From positions 72,168,001 to 72,232,000 of the forward strand of contig OX597828.1 in assembly GCA_951406725.2 (NCBI GenBank): 64,000 nt of DNA. The letters are read 5' to 3'. The notes under the pieces are model-generated. The model ran no database searches. It was not told the DNA's origin and worked only from the letters and a program-made list of their open reading frames with translations. A program made the translations under genes and the position numbers. Position 1 is the first letter of the stretch. The number at the start of each line of letters is the position of its first letter. Positions 1-12,508 of this stretch are shown one piece after another. This DNA comes from Octopus vulgaris (Eukaryota).

Positions 1-146
1 ATCGAACTCACTCCCTCATGATCGTAAGCCCAACACTCTAACCATTGAGCCATGCTCCACCACTCCTAAAGCAGTAATTAATGTCAGATCTAATGCAGAT
101 AATGTAGCTTTATTTTCATTAATTAAAACTACATCCAGAAGGAAAA

Positions 147-526
147 GGTGTGGCCGTGTGGTAAGAAGTTTGTTTCCCAACCACCTAGTCTCAGGTTCAG
201 TTCCACCACGTGGCACCTTGGGCAAATGACTTCTACTATAGCCTTGGAGCCAACCAAAACCTTGCGAGTGGATTTCGTAGATGGAAACTGGAAGAAGCAG
301 ACTGCATTTAAGTGTGTGCGTTTACTGCCTCCATCGTTGTAAGGGACGTCCTTTGTTTGGAATCTTCTTGAATGTGTTTGGTCAAAGGGTAATATGACCA
401 CACCTGGAAACAGGCGAGGACTGGCAACAGGAAGGGCATCCAGCTGTAGAAGACTTGCCTCAACAAATTCTGTCAGACTCACGCAAGCATGGAAAAGCGG
501 ATGGTAAATGATGATGATGATGATGA
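147..526 (+). mobile_element. tRNA-derived SINE, family A head (CORE-like) with RTE-like tail ending in (GAT)n
   Basis: A box TGGCCGTGTGG, B-box-like GGTTCAGTTCC, CACCTTGGGCAA core, tail GGAAGGGCATCCAGCTGTAG...(GAT)n. Many related copies in the window. Confidence 0.8.
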
Positions 527-779
527 TCTTTGATGAGGAGAAGGAATTATCCGTCCACCAAATTTATTCAGAAGGCATGGTCAGTTAAGGGTTGGAGTAG
601 GAAACACTTGCCTAAGGTGTCATGAAGTGGGACTGAACTCAAAACCACGTGGCTGGGAACATTTTACCACACAGCCAGGCCTGCACTTCACTGTATGTTT
701 TTAATGCAGAGAATGTCCTAAGGTATTTTCCCACCACCATCACCATCATGTCAATTCACTGCTCTCCCCTCCCACCTTC

Positions 780-895
780 TCAACATCACCACCACTACCG
801 CCGCCACCATCATTATCACCATCATCATCACCATCACCATCATCATTATCATCATCATCATCATCATCACCATCACCACCACCACCACCACCACC
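780..895. repeat. (CAT/CAC)n microsatellite
   Basis: Direct reading; the source of the spurious poly-His ORF. Confidence 0.95.
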
Positions 896-1170
896 GCTTC
901 ATGCAGCAATATGTAGGAAGGGATTCTCCCATCAACCAACCTGTTCCTCGTGTGACAATATTGAACAGCATCCACCAACATGGCACAGAGTTGGGCAGCT
1001 TCTTGTTCTTCTCCACATTGTTGTCTCTGAAAAACAGTGTCAACAGATAATATACACTATGCATACAAACGTGTGTGTGTGTGTGTGTAGTTGAAATTTA
1101 CAGAAAAACAAAAGATGAAGACAGGTGTATAAACTTTATAAGAGTTTGACGCTTGGGAAAATGAGGAAGG

Positions 1171-1206
1171 CTTTTACGTTTCGAGCCTAGGCTCTTCAAC
1201 AGAAAG
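1171..1206 (-). ncRNA. Minimal type I hammerhead ribozyme motif (A6U variant)
   Basis: Minus strand CUUU-CUGUUGA-A-GAGC(CUAG)GCUC-GAA-ACGU-A/AAAG: stem I 4 bp, stem II 4 bp, palindromic stem III ACGU. Confidence 0.7.
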
Positions 1207-1257
1207 GAACACAAAGAAGTAAACAGAGAGAGAATAAAAAAAATTGTGGATACATCT

Positions 1258-1305
<48 letters not shown>

Positions 1306-1463
1306 TTACTTGTCCCATTTTCCATTTTTTTCTTGTTCACATATTTCACTTGTTTTTCCCTCGTTTGTTTTACGTATTTCATGTCATTTGCACTGCTGGT
1401 GATGTCCTGTATGCATATATGCATGTATATACATATATATATATATATATTTATTTTTATGCA

Positions 1464-1837
1464 CCCTTTTTAAGCCTAGCCAGGCTCATGGGTCTGGTTT
1501 CTATAGCGTATAGTTCCCCCACCAGCTGGACAATATGCCAGTCCATCGCAGAGTTACTCAAGAAACAGGAAGAAAGAGTGAGAGAAAGTTGGGGCGAAAG
1601 AGTACAACAGGGGTCACCACCACCCCCTGCCGGAGCCTCATGGAGCTTTTTTAGGTGTTTTCACACAATAAACACACACAACACCCGATCTAGGAATTGA
1701 AACCACGATCCTCTGACCGCGAGTCCGCTGCTCTAACCGCAAGTCCGCTGCTCTAACCGCGAGTCCGCTGCTCTAACCGCGAGTCCGCTGCTCTAACCGC
1801 GAGTCCGCTGCTCTAACAGCTGGGCCATTGTGCCTCC
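1464..1837 (-). mobile_element. tRNA(Arg)-like SINE with 5x tandem 20-bp amplification in its head
   Basis: Minus strand GGAGGCACAATGGCCCAGCTGTTAGAGCAGCGGACTCGCGG...GGTTTCAATTCC. Unit ACCGCGAGTCCGCTGCTCTA x5 at 1716-1815. Confidence 0.75.
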
Positions 1838-1874
1838 ACACAGACACACATATATATATATATGCATATATATA

Positions 1875-2336
<462 letters not shown>

Positions 2337-2341
2337 CACAT

Positions 2342-2384
<43 letters not shown>

Positions 2385-3091
2385 AGCACATCCGAGCGTG
2401 ATTGTTGCCAGGGCCACGGATTGGCTCCTGTGCCATTGGCATGTGAAAAGCACCATTTGAGTGTGATCATTGCCAGAGTCACTCTACCGGCACATGAAAA
2501 ACAACATTTGAGCATGTTTGTTGCCCATGCTGCCAGACTGGCTCCTGTGCAGGTAGCACGTAAATAACACCTTTTGAGCATGGTCGTTACCAGAACCGCC
2601 TGACTGGCCCTTGGGCCGGTGTCACATAAAAGTACCCACTACACTCTTGGAGTGGTTGGCATTAGGAAGGACATCCAGCTGTAGAAACTCTGCCAGATCA
2701 GATTGAGCCTGGTGCAGCCTCCTGGCTTCCTAGACCCTAGTCGAACTGTCCAACCAATGCCAGCATGGAAAGTGGATGTTAAAGGATGATGATATATATA
2801 TATATATATATATACATCTATATATCCATAATATAAATTGGACATAGGTGATTGTTGTATTCTTTCTTGTCTTGAGGTCACAGCCAAATGGCTGGGTGGA
2901 TTCGCGTGAAAAATGCTCACACAGCCGGCATATACCATTTTGCTAGCAACAAGGGGAGTACAGGATGACTCCCCTTGTTGCTAATTGTTAATAAAAAAAA
3001 GATGAAGAACAAACACAACAACAAAAAACAACAGCGTGAAGACATGGTACATGCAAAGTATTAAAAGACACTCAGGGAAGGAAAGAAAGGG

Positions 3092-3128
3092 TGTTTTACA
3101 TTTCGAGCAGAGCTCTTCTTCAGAAACA
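3092..3128 (-). ncRNA. Minimal type I hammerhead ribozyme motif with canonical core
   Basis: Minus strand UGUUU-CUGAAGA-A-GAGC(UCU)GCUC-GAA-AUGU-A/AAACA. Lies in a ~220-bp element (~2990-3207) with a second copy at ~42620-42840. Confidence 0.8.
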
Positions 3129-3207
3129 GGAGAGGGAGGAAAGTCGAAGTGAAAAGGAAGTTGCTGGAAAAAAACTGCCATTTTTCCACATATAGTTACA
3201 CTTTGAA

Positions 3208-3258
<51 letters not shown>

Positions 3259-4764
3259 CATCATCATCATCATTTAGCGTCCACTTTCCATGCTAGCATG
3301 GGTTGGACAGTTCAACTGGGGTCTGGGAAGCCAGAAGGCTGCACCAGGCCCAGTCTGATCTGGCAATGTTTCTATGGCTGGATGCCCTTCCTAACGCCAA
3401 CCACTCTGTGAGTGTAGTGGGTGCTTTTTATGTGCCACTGGCACAGGTGCCAGACGGGGCTGGCAAACGGCCACGGTCGGATGGTGCTTTTTACGTGCCA
3501 CCGGCACGGGGGCCAGGCGAGGCTATATATATATATTCCGTTGTGCTGAGGCCATGTCTACCTCATTTACCATTCTAGCACTGGTGTCATGAGAGACATT
3601 GTAAAGTGTAAGGTTGTGGAGAATTTTTAGTGCTGTTGAGATTAAGAATATGACACTGCTCCAGTGGTGATGGTATGAAAAAAACAAAAAGCTGTACCCA
3701 GTGGATTTTGGAAGGGTATCCAGCTGTAGAAACCAAGCCAAAATGAAACATGAATAAAATGAGGATTCTTGCCTCCCAATCTGCTTAAGTGAGCAGATCT
3801 CTCCAATCCATGGCCGCATCAATAATGGATATAAAATGATGATGACGATGATGATGGTAATGATGGAGATGATGATATATATATATTCACACATACATAT
3901 ATACATAAATATGTGTGCATATATGCACTCACATACACACCAACACATGTACATACACACACACACACACACACATACGCACAGAGTCTTCTCTGGCTAT
4001 TTATTTATGTTAGCAACGATGAACGGAAACATTATTGATGACTGACACTAACCTAACATGCTTTTGCACATTTCAAACAAAATGATAACAACATCAACAA
4101 CAACAACAACAACCTACGTTTAATCTCCACCCACGTGTTTTTTTTTATTTATTTCAAGCATTCATCGTCATTACATCTATAATTTATAACAACATTAGTC
4201 TTTAGTCTTTATTCATATTTCAGATGATGCATGTTAGGTTCGTTGCTTTTCGTTATGTCTTAGTCATCAGAAGTAGGAGTATAATTAGCGATCCCTTTTC
4301 AGGGTCCCTGTGACTGGGAGAAAAAGGGTGGGACATTTTATCCACAGACCCTTGACATACAAGAGCCAATTGGTGGCATTCGACCAAATGATTGATCAGC
4401 CCTTTCGATACCAGCCTGTCTGAAACTGCTCCTAGATTTATGGTATGAAGTTAGAGTTTTAAGTTGTCTAAATTCTGCTGAGGTCGACTTTGCTTCTCAT
4501 CCTTTCGGGGGTCAATAAATAAAGTACCAGTTTTGCACTGGGGTCGATGTAATCGACTTAATCCCTTTGTCTGTCCTTGTTTGTCCCCTCTATGTTTAGC
4601 CCCTTGTGGGCAATAAAGAAATATAAATTAAAATCTTCCATTGAAATTTCATGTTCCTTTCTATCCTGAAAACCAGCAGAATGACAGCAAAAGTTATTTG
4701 ACTGAGTTCTTTGTTAATTTTTAAATTAATTGAAATAAAGGTAATGAGATGTTTGAAGGGTTAT

Positions 4765-5280
4765 GGTTGGTGTGTCATGGATGGACAGGATGAGGAATGA
4801 GGAGGTGCGAAGGCGAGCAGGAATGAGAGAAAAACTAAACAACCAAAATGGATAGACGAATGTTGAGGAGATTTGGCCACGTGGAGAGGATGGATGAGGA
4901 GTGGATGGTAAGAGGGGGTGATGAAGACAGAAATGGTTGGCAGCAGAACCAGAGGCAGACCCCGGTTTGTGTGGATGGATGGAGTGAGGAAAGCTTTGGT
5001 GGTTAGAGGTGTTGGAGCGAGAGAGTTTATAAATGATAGGAAAGCTTGGAGAAGCTTATGAGTGAATTTGATGTTGTTCAAAGGGGTACGGAACCAGAAT
5101 GATGCAGAGGGGGTAAACCAGCATATGCCGTTGGGCCCTGCTGCTGATATTGGGGGTTGTATTCTATGCCTTGACCTGAGCATAGGACAGGGCTCGCCTC
5201 TTTGAGCTGGGAAATGAATGGTATGCCTGGTGTGTGTCGTGTTGTGGCTAACCACTCCTAAAAAAATAAGGGAATAGGCC
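4765..5280 (+). mobile_element. RTE-clade LINE 3' fragment (decayed)
   Basis: Translates with frameshifts to GVSWMDRMRNEEVRRR...RRFGHVERMDE...GRPRFVWMDGVRKAL, the typical RTE ORF C-terminus. Confidence 0.75.
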
Positions 5281-5602
5281 TGAGTATATATATATAAAAA
5301 AATGATACTAAAAGATTTAAAGTGAGCTAAAAAAAAAAGCCTTTTATCAATATTTTGGGTTAAATTATATCTCAAACACCAGATAAATAAGGACAAAGTT
5401 ATTTTACTGAATTCTTCACTATTTTCGGAATCAATTGAAACAAAGTCAGTGTATTTCAGCAGGAATATGGTAACAAAAGGGTTAAAGTGATCAAAATGAA
5501 AATTTTTAATCAAAATTTCCTGTTAATTGATGTTCCAAGCACAAACTTAATAATGACAAAGCTATTTTACAAAGTTCATTAATTTCAAAATTAGCTGAAA
5601 CA

Positions 5603-5702
5603 NNNNNNNNNNNNNNNNNNNNNNNNNNNNNNNNNNNNNNNNNNNNNNNNNNNNNNNNNNNNNNNNNNNNNNNNNNNNNNNNNNNNNNNNNNNNNNNNNN
5701 NN
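5603..5702. other. Assembly gap (100 N)
   Basis: Run of n characters. Confidence 1.
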
Positions 5703-6296
5703 AAATTCATTTGTAAAACGAGCAAATCGTAAGACGAGCTCGGTCATGGAACGGATTAAGAATTAACCTCATACTGTGAGGTATTCCTGTATTTACAGCT
5801 GTGAACGAGTGTTTCCTTTCGTGAGAACAATGAACTATTAACACTTAAATATTTGTCACTTCCATCATTCTTTGCTCTAAATTGCTCCAACATCCTTATT
5901 GTCAGGATTTCCCCTCTCTAAGATGTCAACAACTCTTTTTATGTTTACTTCTGCTGGTGACTCTAAAACTATTTCCATTTCATCATCTGTCTTTTACACG
6001 TTGCAGTCAATTAGCTACGGCCATGCTGGAGCACCACCTCGAAGGATTTCAGTTGAACAAACTGAACAAAGTACTTATTTTTTTAAAGTCTGGGACTTAT
6101 TCTGTTGGCCGCTTTTGCTAAATCGTGAAGTTACAGGTATGTAACCAAACCATCACCACTTGTCAAGTGGTGGTGATGGTGGCACAAACTCAATAACACA
6201 CATACATACATATATGTATATATAGACAATAGGTGAAGGGTAGGAAAGCTCAGTATAGAAATCCTCTCTCTCTATGTATATTTATATGTATATACA

Positions 6297-6346
<50 letters not shown>

Positions 6347-6734
6347 TATATATACATACAGGGTGTGATGGATAAATTGTAACCATTCTATATTCATAAT
6401 TTCGCGCATGTGCATTGTTTTTGATTTTGTCAATTACACAGTATGGTAGGGTCAGTTGGGCACCATCTGTGAGAAAAACATCACCAGAGATTGGTGGTTG
6501 CAAAGCAATCTACTTAACTGCACTTCCAGGTCTGTGCTTACACATTGTACGGTGTGAACAGTCACGCTACTTCTTCATTGTATGTTTATTTATCTTAAAA
6601 CTATCATTTTCTCTTAGTTTTTTAGTGTGTTTAAACTGGGAAGCTTGGTGGTAGTGAGACTGGGGTACTGTCTGAGCAGGGTTCTTGTCTTTAATGGTAT
6701 CACGAAAGACCTGATTAGAGGCCCAATCTTCTGA

Positions 6735-6882
6735 GTTTTTTTTTTACAGGGCTTGGGAAAATTAAAGGACCGCTGTAATAAGTGTGTGAATGTGAGGGGA
6801 ATATGTTGAATAAAATCATAATTAACTGATCCCCCTGCATTTCCTTTTACCCAAAGCCAGGAACTTTTCAGCAGCCCTCATA
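6735..6882 (+). mobile_element. Mariner-like transposon 3' end
   Basis: FFLQGLGKLKDRCNKCVNV..EYVE* resembles the mariner transposase C-terminus. TIR AAAGCCAGGAACTTTTCAGCAGCCCTCA followed by TA. Confidence 0.65.
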
Positions 6883-6899
6883 TACTGAGAATGTGTTAA

Positions 6900-7260
6900 G
6901 ACTGTAAAGGAATGATGCAGCCTTGCTTCACTGGGTGTGTGGCATTTATGTGCATGAGCGACCGAGAGGCACAGATGTACTGAGAGGAAAACTAGGTGCC
7001 GAGTGTAAGAGGAATTGGAGGTAGAGTATGAGAGAGAGGATTGCATTGTTTTGGAATGGTAATGAGTTGGGATGAGAACAGATGAGTGAAGGAGTGCCTG
7101 GAATGGAAGAGGAAGACCGAGGAAGCTATGGGAAGAAGTGGTGAGAGTTGATCTCAGAATGTTGAATCTTACAAAGGAGATGACTAAGAAATTCAACAAA
7201 TGGCAACTTGTCGTGATTGAGGAGGCTCAGCTAATGTCTAGCAGCATGGGAAAAAGGATG
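6900..7260 (+). mobile_element. RTE-clade LINE 3' fragment (decayed)
   Basis: GRGRPRKLWEEVVRVDLRMLNLTKEMT at ~7105-7185. Confidence 0.65.
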
Positions 7261-8547
7261 TGAAAAGGACAAATGACAATATTGTCATTACCAGTGACGT
7301 CACCGACGCCATTTAATGACTGCCAACCATTGTAAACCTTTTATAGGGGGTGCAGCTGTGTGTATTTACTAATAAGTGTCTATATTTTGTTAGTCATTTT
7401 TCTAAATGTGGTACTATGAGTTTTTAAGTAGTATATTTGGTGTTCTGTTGTTTCGCCGTCACACATGATACTCTGAGTGTTGCGTTTAGTTGTGAGGGAA
7501 ATGTTTTTTGTGAATGGGACTAACGTGACGTGTGTGTGTCTGTAGTCATAATTTGAACTTCTCCATCTGGAAATCTATTATGTCTATGCAGTGAGCTGTG
7601 ACACAACAATAGATAGGACTTTATGAAATAATTCAATTGTGGCAAGTGTGTAATTTATTCATAACTTCTACAAATGACACAAATTTTCTTTCATTTTTTT
7701 TTGTCAGAGAAACTTAACACCGATCAAGTCAAATATTAAGAAAAAAAGCGTTTTAAATCTTTTAATTTTAATGCAGCATGTCCATAAGAGATGTTATCTT
7801 GGGACAATTACTGCAGCAACAGGACGATCAAACTGTGTATATACATTAACCCTTTAGCATTCAGATGATTCTGCCAAATGTTAGCTTCATTTATTTATAT
7901 ATATAAAAATCTTGTATTGTTATGTAGCTTTGAGATTTCAAAGATATGATTGTTTATTATAAGAATGGCATTGCAAGGTAAGTGTGAGAGGCTGGATCTA
8001 CCCTGTTTGAACATAAAACAGATAGAATATTTGGGCCAGATATGGCTGGTTTAAAGGGCTGCAGAACTAGCACGATGCAATGTATAACAGGGCTGTATAT
8101 TTTGAACTGCAGTTACAATTCACCTAATGAGCCATCTACCCAATTTTAGTCACAGAGTATGGGTGAACCTGAGGCTACAGAAAATAAATAAACTACTTCT
8201 ACTACTACTACTACTACTACTGCTACTACCTATCTGTAAACATATTCTTTAAACTAACTTCAGATTCCATTGGAATTTTTTGCTATTTTTTTCACTTTTT
8301 TATTTTTAAATTGTCTTTCATTATTTTTATGAATATTTCGTCTTTATGAATATTTCAGAATTCTACGGACTTCACATGTGATTCACCTCAGTTCCATGTT
8401 AGCATCCTATCAAGATGCCAATCTCCAAGATGTCAATGATTTCAGATTTTAGTTTAAAGAAAACTCTTCAACCAGCCACACAGAATTTTGAGAATGAAAC
8501 AGTAAGCCACGGAAATGTTATCTTGAGACAGAACTCGCAAAACCAGT

Positions 8548-8763
8548 ATGCAGGACGAGAACTTCAGAAAACCTAAACTATTACCTTGTTTTCCTGTAAT
8601 ATCACCAGTATGGTTTGGTCAGGAACCCTCCCTAACAATGAGTGCTAGTTCTCCTTTAATCCCTTCCTTTCCAGCTCTTCGCTGTTGTTCCTCAATGTCC
8701 ATTTCTACCACTTCTGTTCCCGTTATTAGCTTCAGCTTCCCAAACCGGACTGTCACACTATGA
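8548..8763 (+). promoter_or_regulatory. Candidate upstream ORF (71 codons) whose TGA overlaps the DUSP ATG (ATGA)
   Basis: ORF-track ORF 8548-8763. Its stop TGA is 8761-8763 and the main ATG is 8760-8762. A likely acceptor tatttcag at 8351-8358 would place it in the 5' UTR. Confidence 0.45.
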
Positions 8764-8906
8764 GCGTTCTGCCATTGAAAGTTATGGACAGTGAACCTCC
8801 TGTCCAAGTCACTGACACTGACCAAAACTTAGTCACACAAGAGGTTCCATGGAAATTGATGGAACCCCATGGATTAGTAGAAATAATATCGAATCTTTTA
8901 GAGAAG
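8760..8906 (+). CDS. DUSP16: DUSP8/DUSP16-like dual-specificity MAPK phosphatase, coding exon 1 (MSVLPLKV...IISNLLEK)
   Basis: ATG at 8760, 49 codons, then donor AAG|GTAAGT at 8907 (phase 0). Joins in frame to the next exon to give LEK|VLIIDSR, matching the DUSP8/16 N-terminus (TEKVLLIDSR). Probably a single orthologue of both vertebrate paralogues. Confidence 0.85.
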
Positions 8907-9920
8907 GTAAGTTACAACAGCTTCTCTTTTATTTTTCGTTGTTGCCCTACAAAGTAAATTCCTGGCTTTTATTTATTCTCATTCACCACATTACTGAGCA
9001 ACCATTTAGCATAAAAGGGTTTTCTCTTTTTTTTTTTAAACAAGGTTAACCCTTTCATTGCCAACCCACTTAATATTCATCATCATCATCATCATCAGTG
9101 TTATCATATAATGTCCATGTTCCATCCTGGTATTGGCTGGATGGCTTGACAAGATCTGAAATGTCTAAGAACTGCATTGTACTTCAGCATCTCCGTTGGC
9201 ATGAGTTTTGCAGAGTGGACTGGGTACCTTTGTTTTGATGCTACCAACGCCAACGCCAATGAGGTTGCCATGCAGCTTGCAAGATTGCAAAGCCTGAGAG
9301 AGGCTGCTTTATGCTTGGAGATGAGGGCAAAAATATAAGAAAAGAGGTCAGAACAGAACTGGTCTCTTGGTGTAGAGGAACTATGTTCCTACTCAGGTTT
9401 TAGAGGAGAGAGTGGGAGCGATGATTTGGTGAAGCTGCAAAGAGATAAAAATACTGGCTTTAACATCATAGGTCAGATGAGACTTAGTTGAAGCAAAATT
9501 TTCTATGGCTGGATGTCCTTTCTGTTGCCAACCTTCATCTTAGTCTGTTGTACATTGAACAGCCTGGATATACTTGTTGCAAGTGACTTAGTCTTTCCTG
9601 TTGTTATTACCACAAAAAGTGCTCTGATGAACCTCCTCCCTGAGCGCCAGATCACTTTGTTCCACTTTGTGCCACTTTGTGCCACTTTGCCTGACTAAGA
9701 AACTCACATCCTCTTCATCCAAATGCCTTTGTGCTTCCATGAGTGAGGAAGGCTTTCTCTGGTCGTAGCTGACCGTCTTTGGAACTCTCTTCCACCTCAA
9801 TGCATTTGTCCTTCTCATGTTGTTTTAAAGTCTGGTACTTATTAAATCAATCTCCTTTGCTGGACTGCTATGTTATGGGTACGTAAACAAACCAACACAG
9901 GTAGTCAAAAGGTAGAGGGA

Positions 9921-9962
<42 letters not shown>

Positions 9963-10412
9963 GGGCTTCTGTATAGTTTCCATTTACCAAATTCACTCAA
10001 ATGTCATTGGTTGGCCCAGAGCTATACTTAGCAGATACTTCCTCAAGGTGCTGGGCAGTGGGTTTGAACCTGAAACAATGTGGGTACAAAGCAAGTTTCT
10101 AAACCACATAGTCATGCCAGCATCATGAAAAAACGAGGCAGTTTGTTTATCCTCATTATCAGTGTCATTAACATCTTAATTATCATCGTTTAAAATTCGT
10201 TTCTTTGACCTGACATTGATTGGTTGATGGAGTTTTAAGAGTAATTCCAATTTGCATGTTTCCATTTCAAAAAGAAAGCAGGTATTTTTTTACTTTATGA
10301 AAAATTTACATTTTCTGTTTCACATTCTATGTAATTACCATTCTCTGTGATTCCATATCGGCTAGAAATTGAATATCAATACAGCTTCTTTCTTCATGGC
10401 TCTCTTTTACAG

Positions 10413-10523
10413 GTACTTATTATCGACAGCCGCTCATTTCTGGAGTTTAACACCTGCCATATACGTCACTCAGTCAACGTCTGTTGCTCTAAGCTGGTGA
10501 AAAGACGTTTACAGCATGATAAG
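10413..10523 (+). CDS. DUSP16: DUSP8/16-like coding exon 2, rhodanese/CH2 domain with kinase-interaction motif (VLIIDSRSFLEFNTCHIRHSVNVCCSKLVKRRLQHDK)
   Basis: Acceptor tctcttttacag|G and donor AAG|gtgaga; 111 nt, phase 0/0. IDSR..F.E.N..HI..S.N..CSKL.KRRLQ.DK is the DUSP8/16 signature. Confidence 0.95.
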
Positions 10524-11269
10524 GTGAGATATTTCCCTCTCGTTGTTCTTGTTGTTATTATTGCTTTTGTTTAATATCAACAACTTTTGGGTTGAAAATA
10601 TTGCGTGTATTACTACACTCATGGAGTGGTTGGCGTTAGGAAGGGCATCCGGCTGTAGAAACACTGCAAGATCAGACTGGAGCCTGGTGCAGCCTCCTGG
10701 CTTCCCAGACCCCAGTCGAACTGTCCAACCCATGCTAGCATGGAAAGGGGACATTAAACGATGATGATGATGTTTCATGTCATAAAAATCGGTTGGCAAC
10801 AAAACTAACTGGAATCAAGACTGTGAGGGCACATGGTCTAGTGCATTAGTAATCAGGAGATTGAGGTTTCGATTCCCGAACTGGCTGTGTATTGTGTTCT
10901 TGAGCAAAACACTTCGTTTCATGTGACTCCAGCTCACACCGCTGTAAGATAGTTACTCCATGATGGATTGACAGTCAAGGGTGAGATAGCGACCCAGGAA
11001 AGTCATCCGAATGGTGGTCTTGCGAATCATGTGTCATATTCAGTGGTTGTAAGAATGAATAATACAACCCATCCTGTGAATTCCGACCGGTTGGGATTGG
11101 TTGTTCAACCGCATTCAAGGATGAAGGAATGGAACCAAGATATTCTTTTATGAGGTCAGCTTTGCCTTTCATCCTGTTGGGGTCAATGAAAGTACTGGGG
11201 TTGATGTATTCAAATAGCCCCTCCCCTCAAGATTTCTGGCCTTATCATCATCATCATTATCATCATTAT

Positions 11270-12145
11270 TTTGGTGTGAGAGAGCAGTGCATGGCATCAA
11301 AGTGATGCTGTGGTACAGATATACAAATCCTAATATAGCCATCATGTCTACCCGTCTGATAAGGGTACACCTGGCATGGGCATCACAACTATGTGTGCGT
11401 GACATGGTAACCTCATCAAGATAAACAGCGCATGATCTTGCAAGTTGGGGCCCAGTTAGAATTTTCTTCAGGTCAAGTAGCCCATCCTGCTCAAAAGGTC
11501 TCTGAATAAGGGTTGTTAGCAGATGATGAATGAAACACCCATGTTTCCAGGGTTGAATTATTCAAACCCTAAAGAATCCCCTCTCAACACATGGCTATGA
11601 TGCTCCTTCACCAATCCTTCTCGGGATCAGAAATGCACATGTCTTTGGCCAGCAAGGGACATGCTCAACTGGTTATGGTCAAGCAAGTGACCAGCAAATC
11701 TCTCTGGTATTGAGCAGAATATTTGCTGTAGTCCATCTTTTAAACCTGTGCCTTTCGACCATTTTTTGTCTATGGACCCTTTTTGATCCCTATTCTATTC
11801 TGCTGGACCCTCATAGCTATTTACTGTATATATAAAAAAAAAAAACCTTACTGTATTTTCATAATTGAATATTCTTAGGAACAGTATATATTCTTAGGAA
11901 CAGTATAAAAAGAATATTCTTAAAATATTCTTAAAAGAATATTTCCTGTATTGTAGAAGCATAACTAATTTATTGTGGATAAATTTTAACAATAAAACCT
12001 TATATGGACCCCCAAGGGACACAGGGACCCCGGTTGAGAATCGATGCTTCAGACCAAGACAAAACATAAACATGATAACACTTCCAATCAGTTAAGAGCA
12101 GAAGCTATGAGAGCCATTGCCTGGTGCCTACTACATCAGGGCATC
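11270..12145 (-). mobile_element. Unclassified ~580-bp non-coding interspersed element, split by a hAT-like MITE (~11746-12046)
   Basis: Its terminus GTGTGAGAGAGCAGTGCATGGCATCAAAGTGA recurs at ~12171-12230. Both copies abut (ATC/ATT)n. The inserted MITE resembles 55161-55408. Confidence 0.5.
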
Positions 12146-12477
12146 TATCATCATCATCATCGTCATTATTGTGTGAGAGAGCAATGCATGCCATCAAAGT
12201 GACAGTGGGATACAAATATATAAAACCCATATTATTATTATTATTATTATTTGTTGTTGTTGTTGTTGTTTACTACCAAGACCATTTTGTCTCATTTTTA
12301 CATTATAATTTACTACAAAATTTGATGTATCACTGTCACCAATTATACAACCAACAATTACTAAAGTAATTAACAATGAAACGAGCTAAATATCAAAGCA
12401 GACTGTCATCCAAGTCGGTGTGACTCATTAATGCCGCTATACACTCACTCTATACCCCCAGCCCCAACCCCCCACTG

Positions 12478-12508
<31 letters not shown>

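Noticed and set aside
649-1050. 133-aa poly-histidine ORF
   Set aside because: Translation of a (CAT/CAC)n microsatellite starting at GTG in a SINE remnant; no domain or splice support.
4761-5513. 250-aa minus-strand ORF
   Set aside because: Antisense reading across an RTE fragment and a MITE; the recognisable protein motifs are on the + strand.
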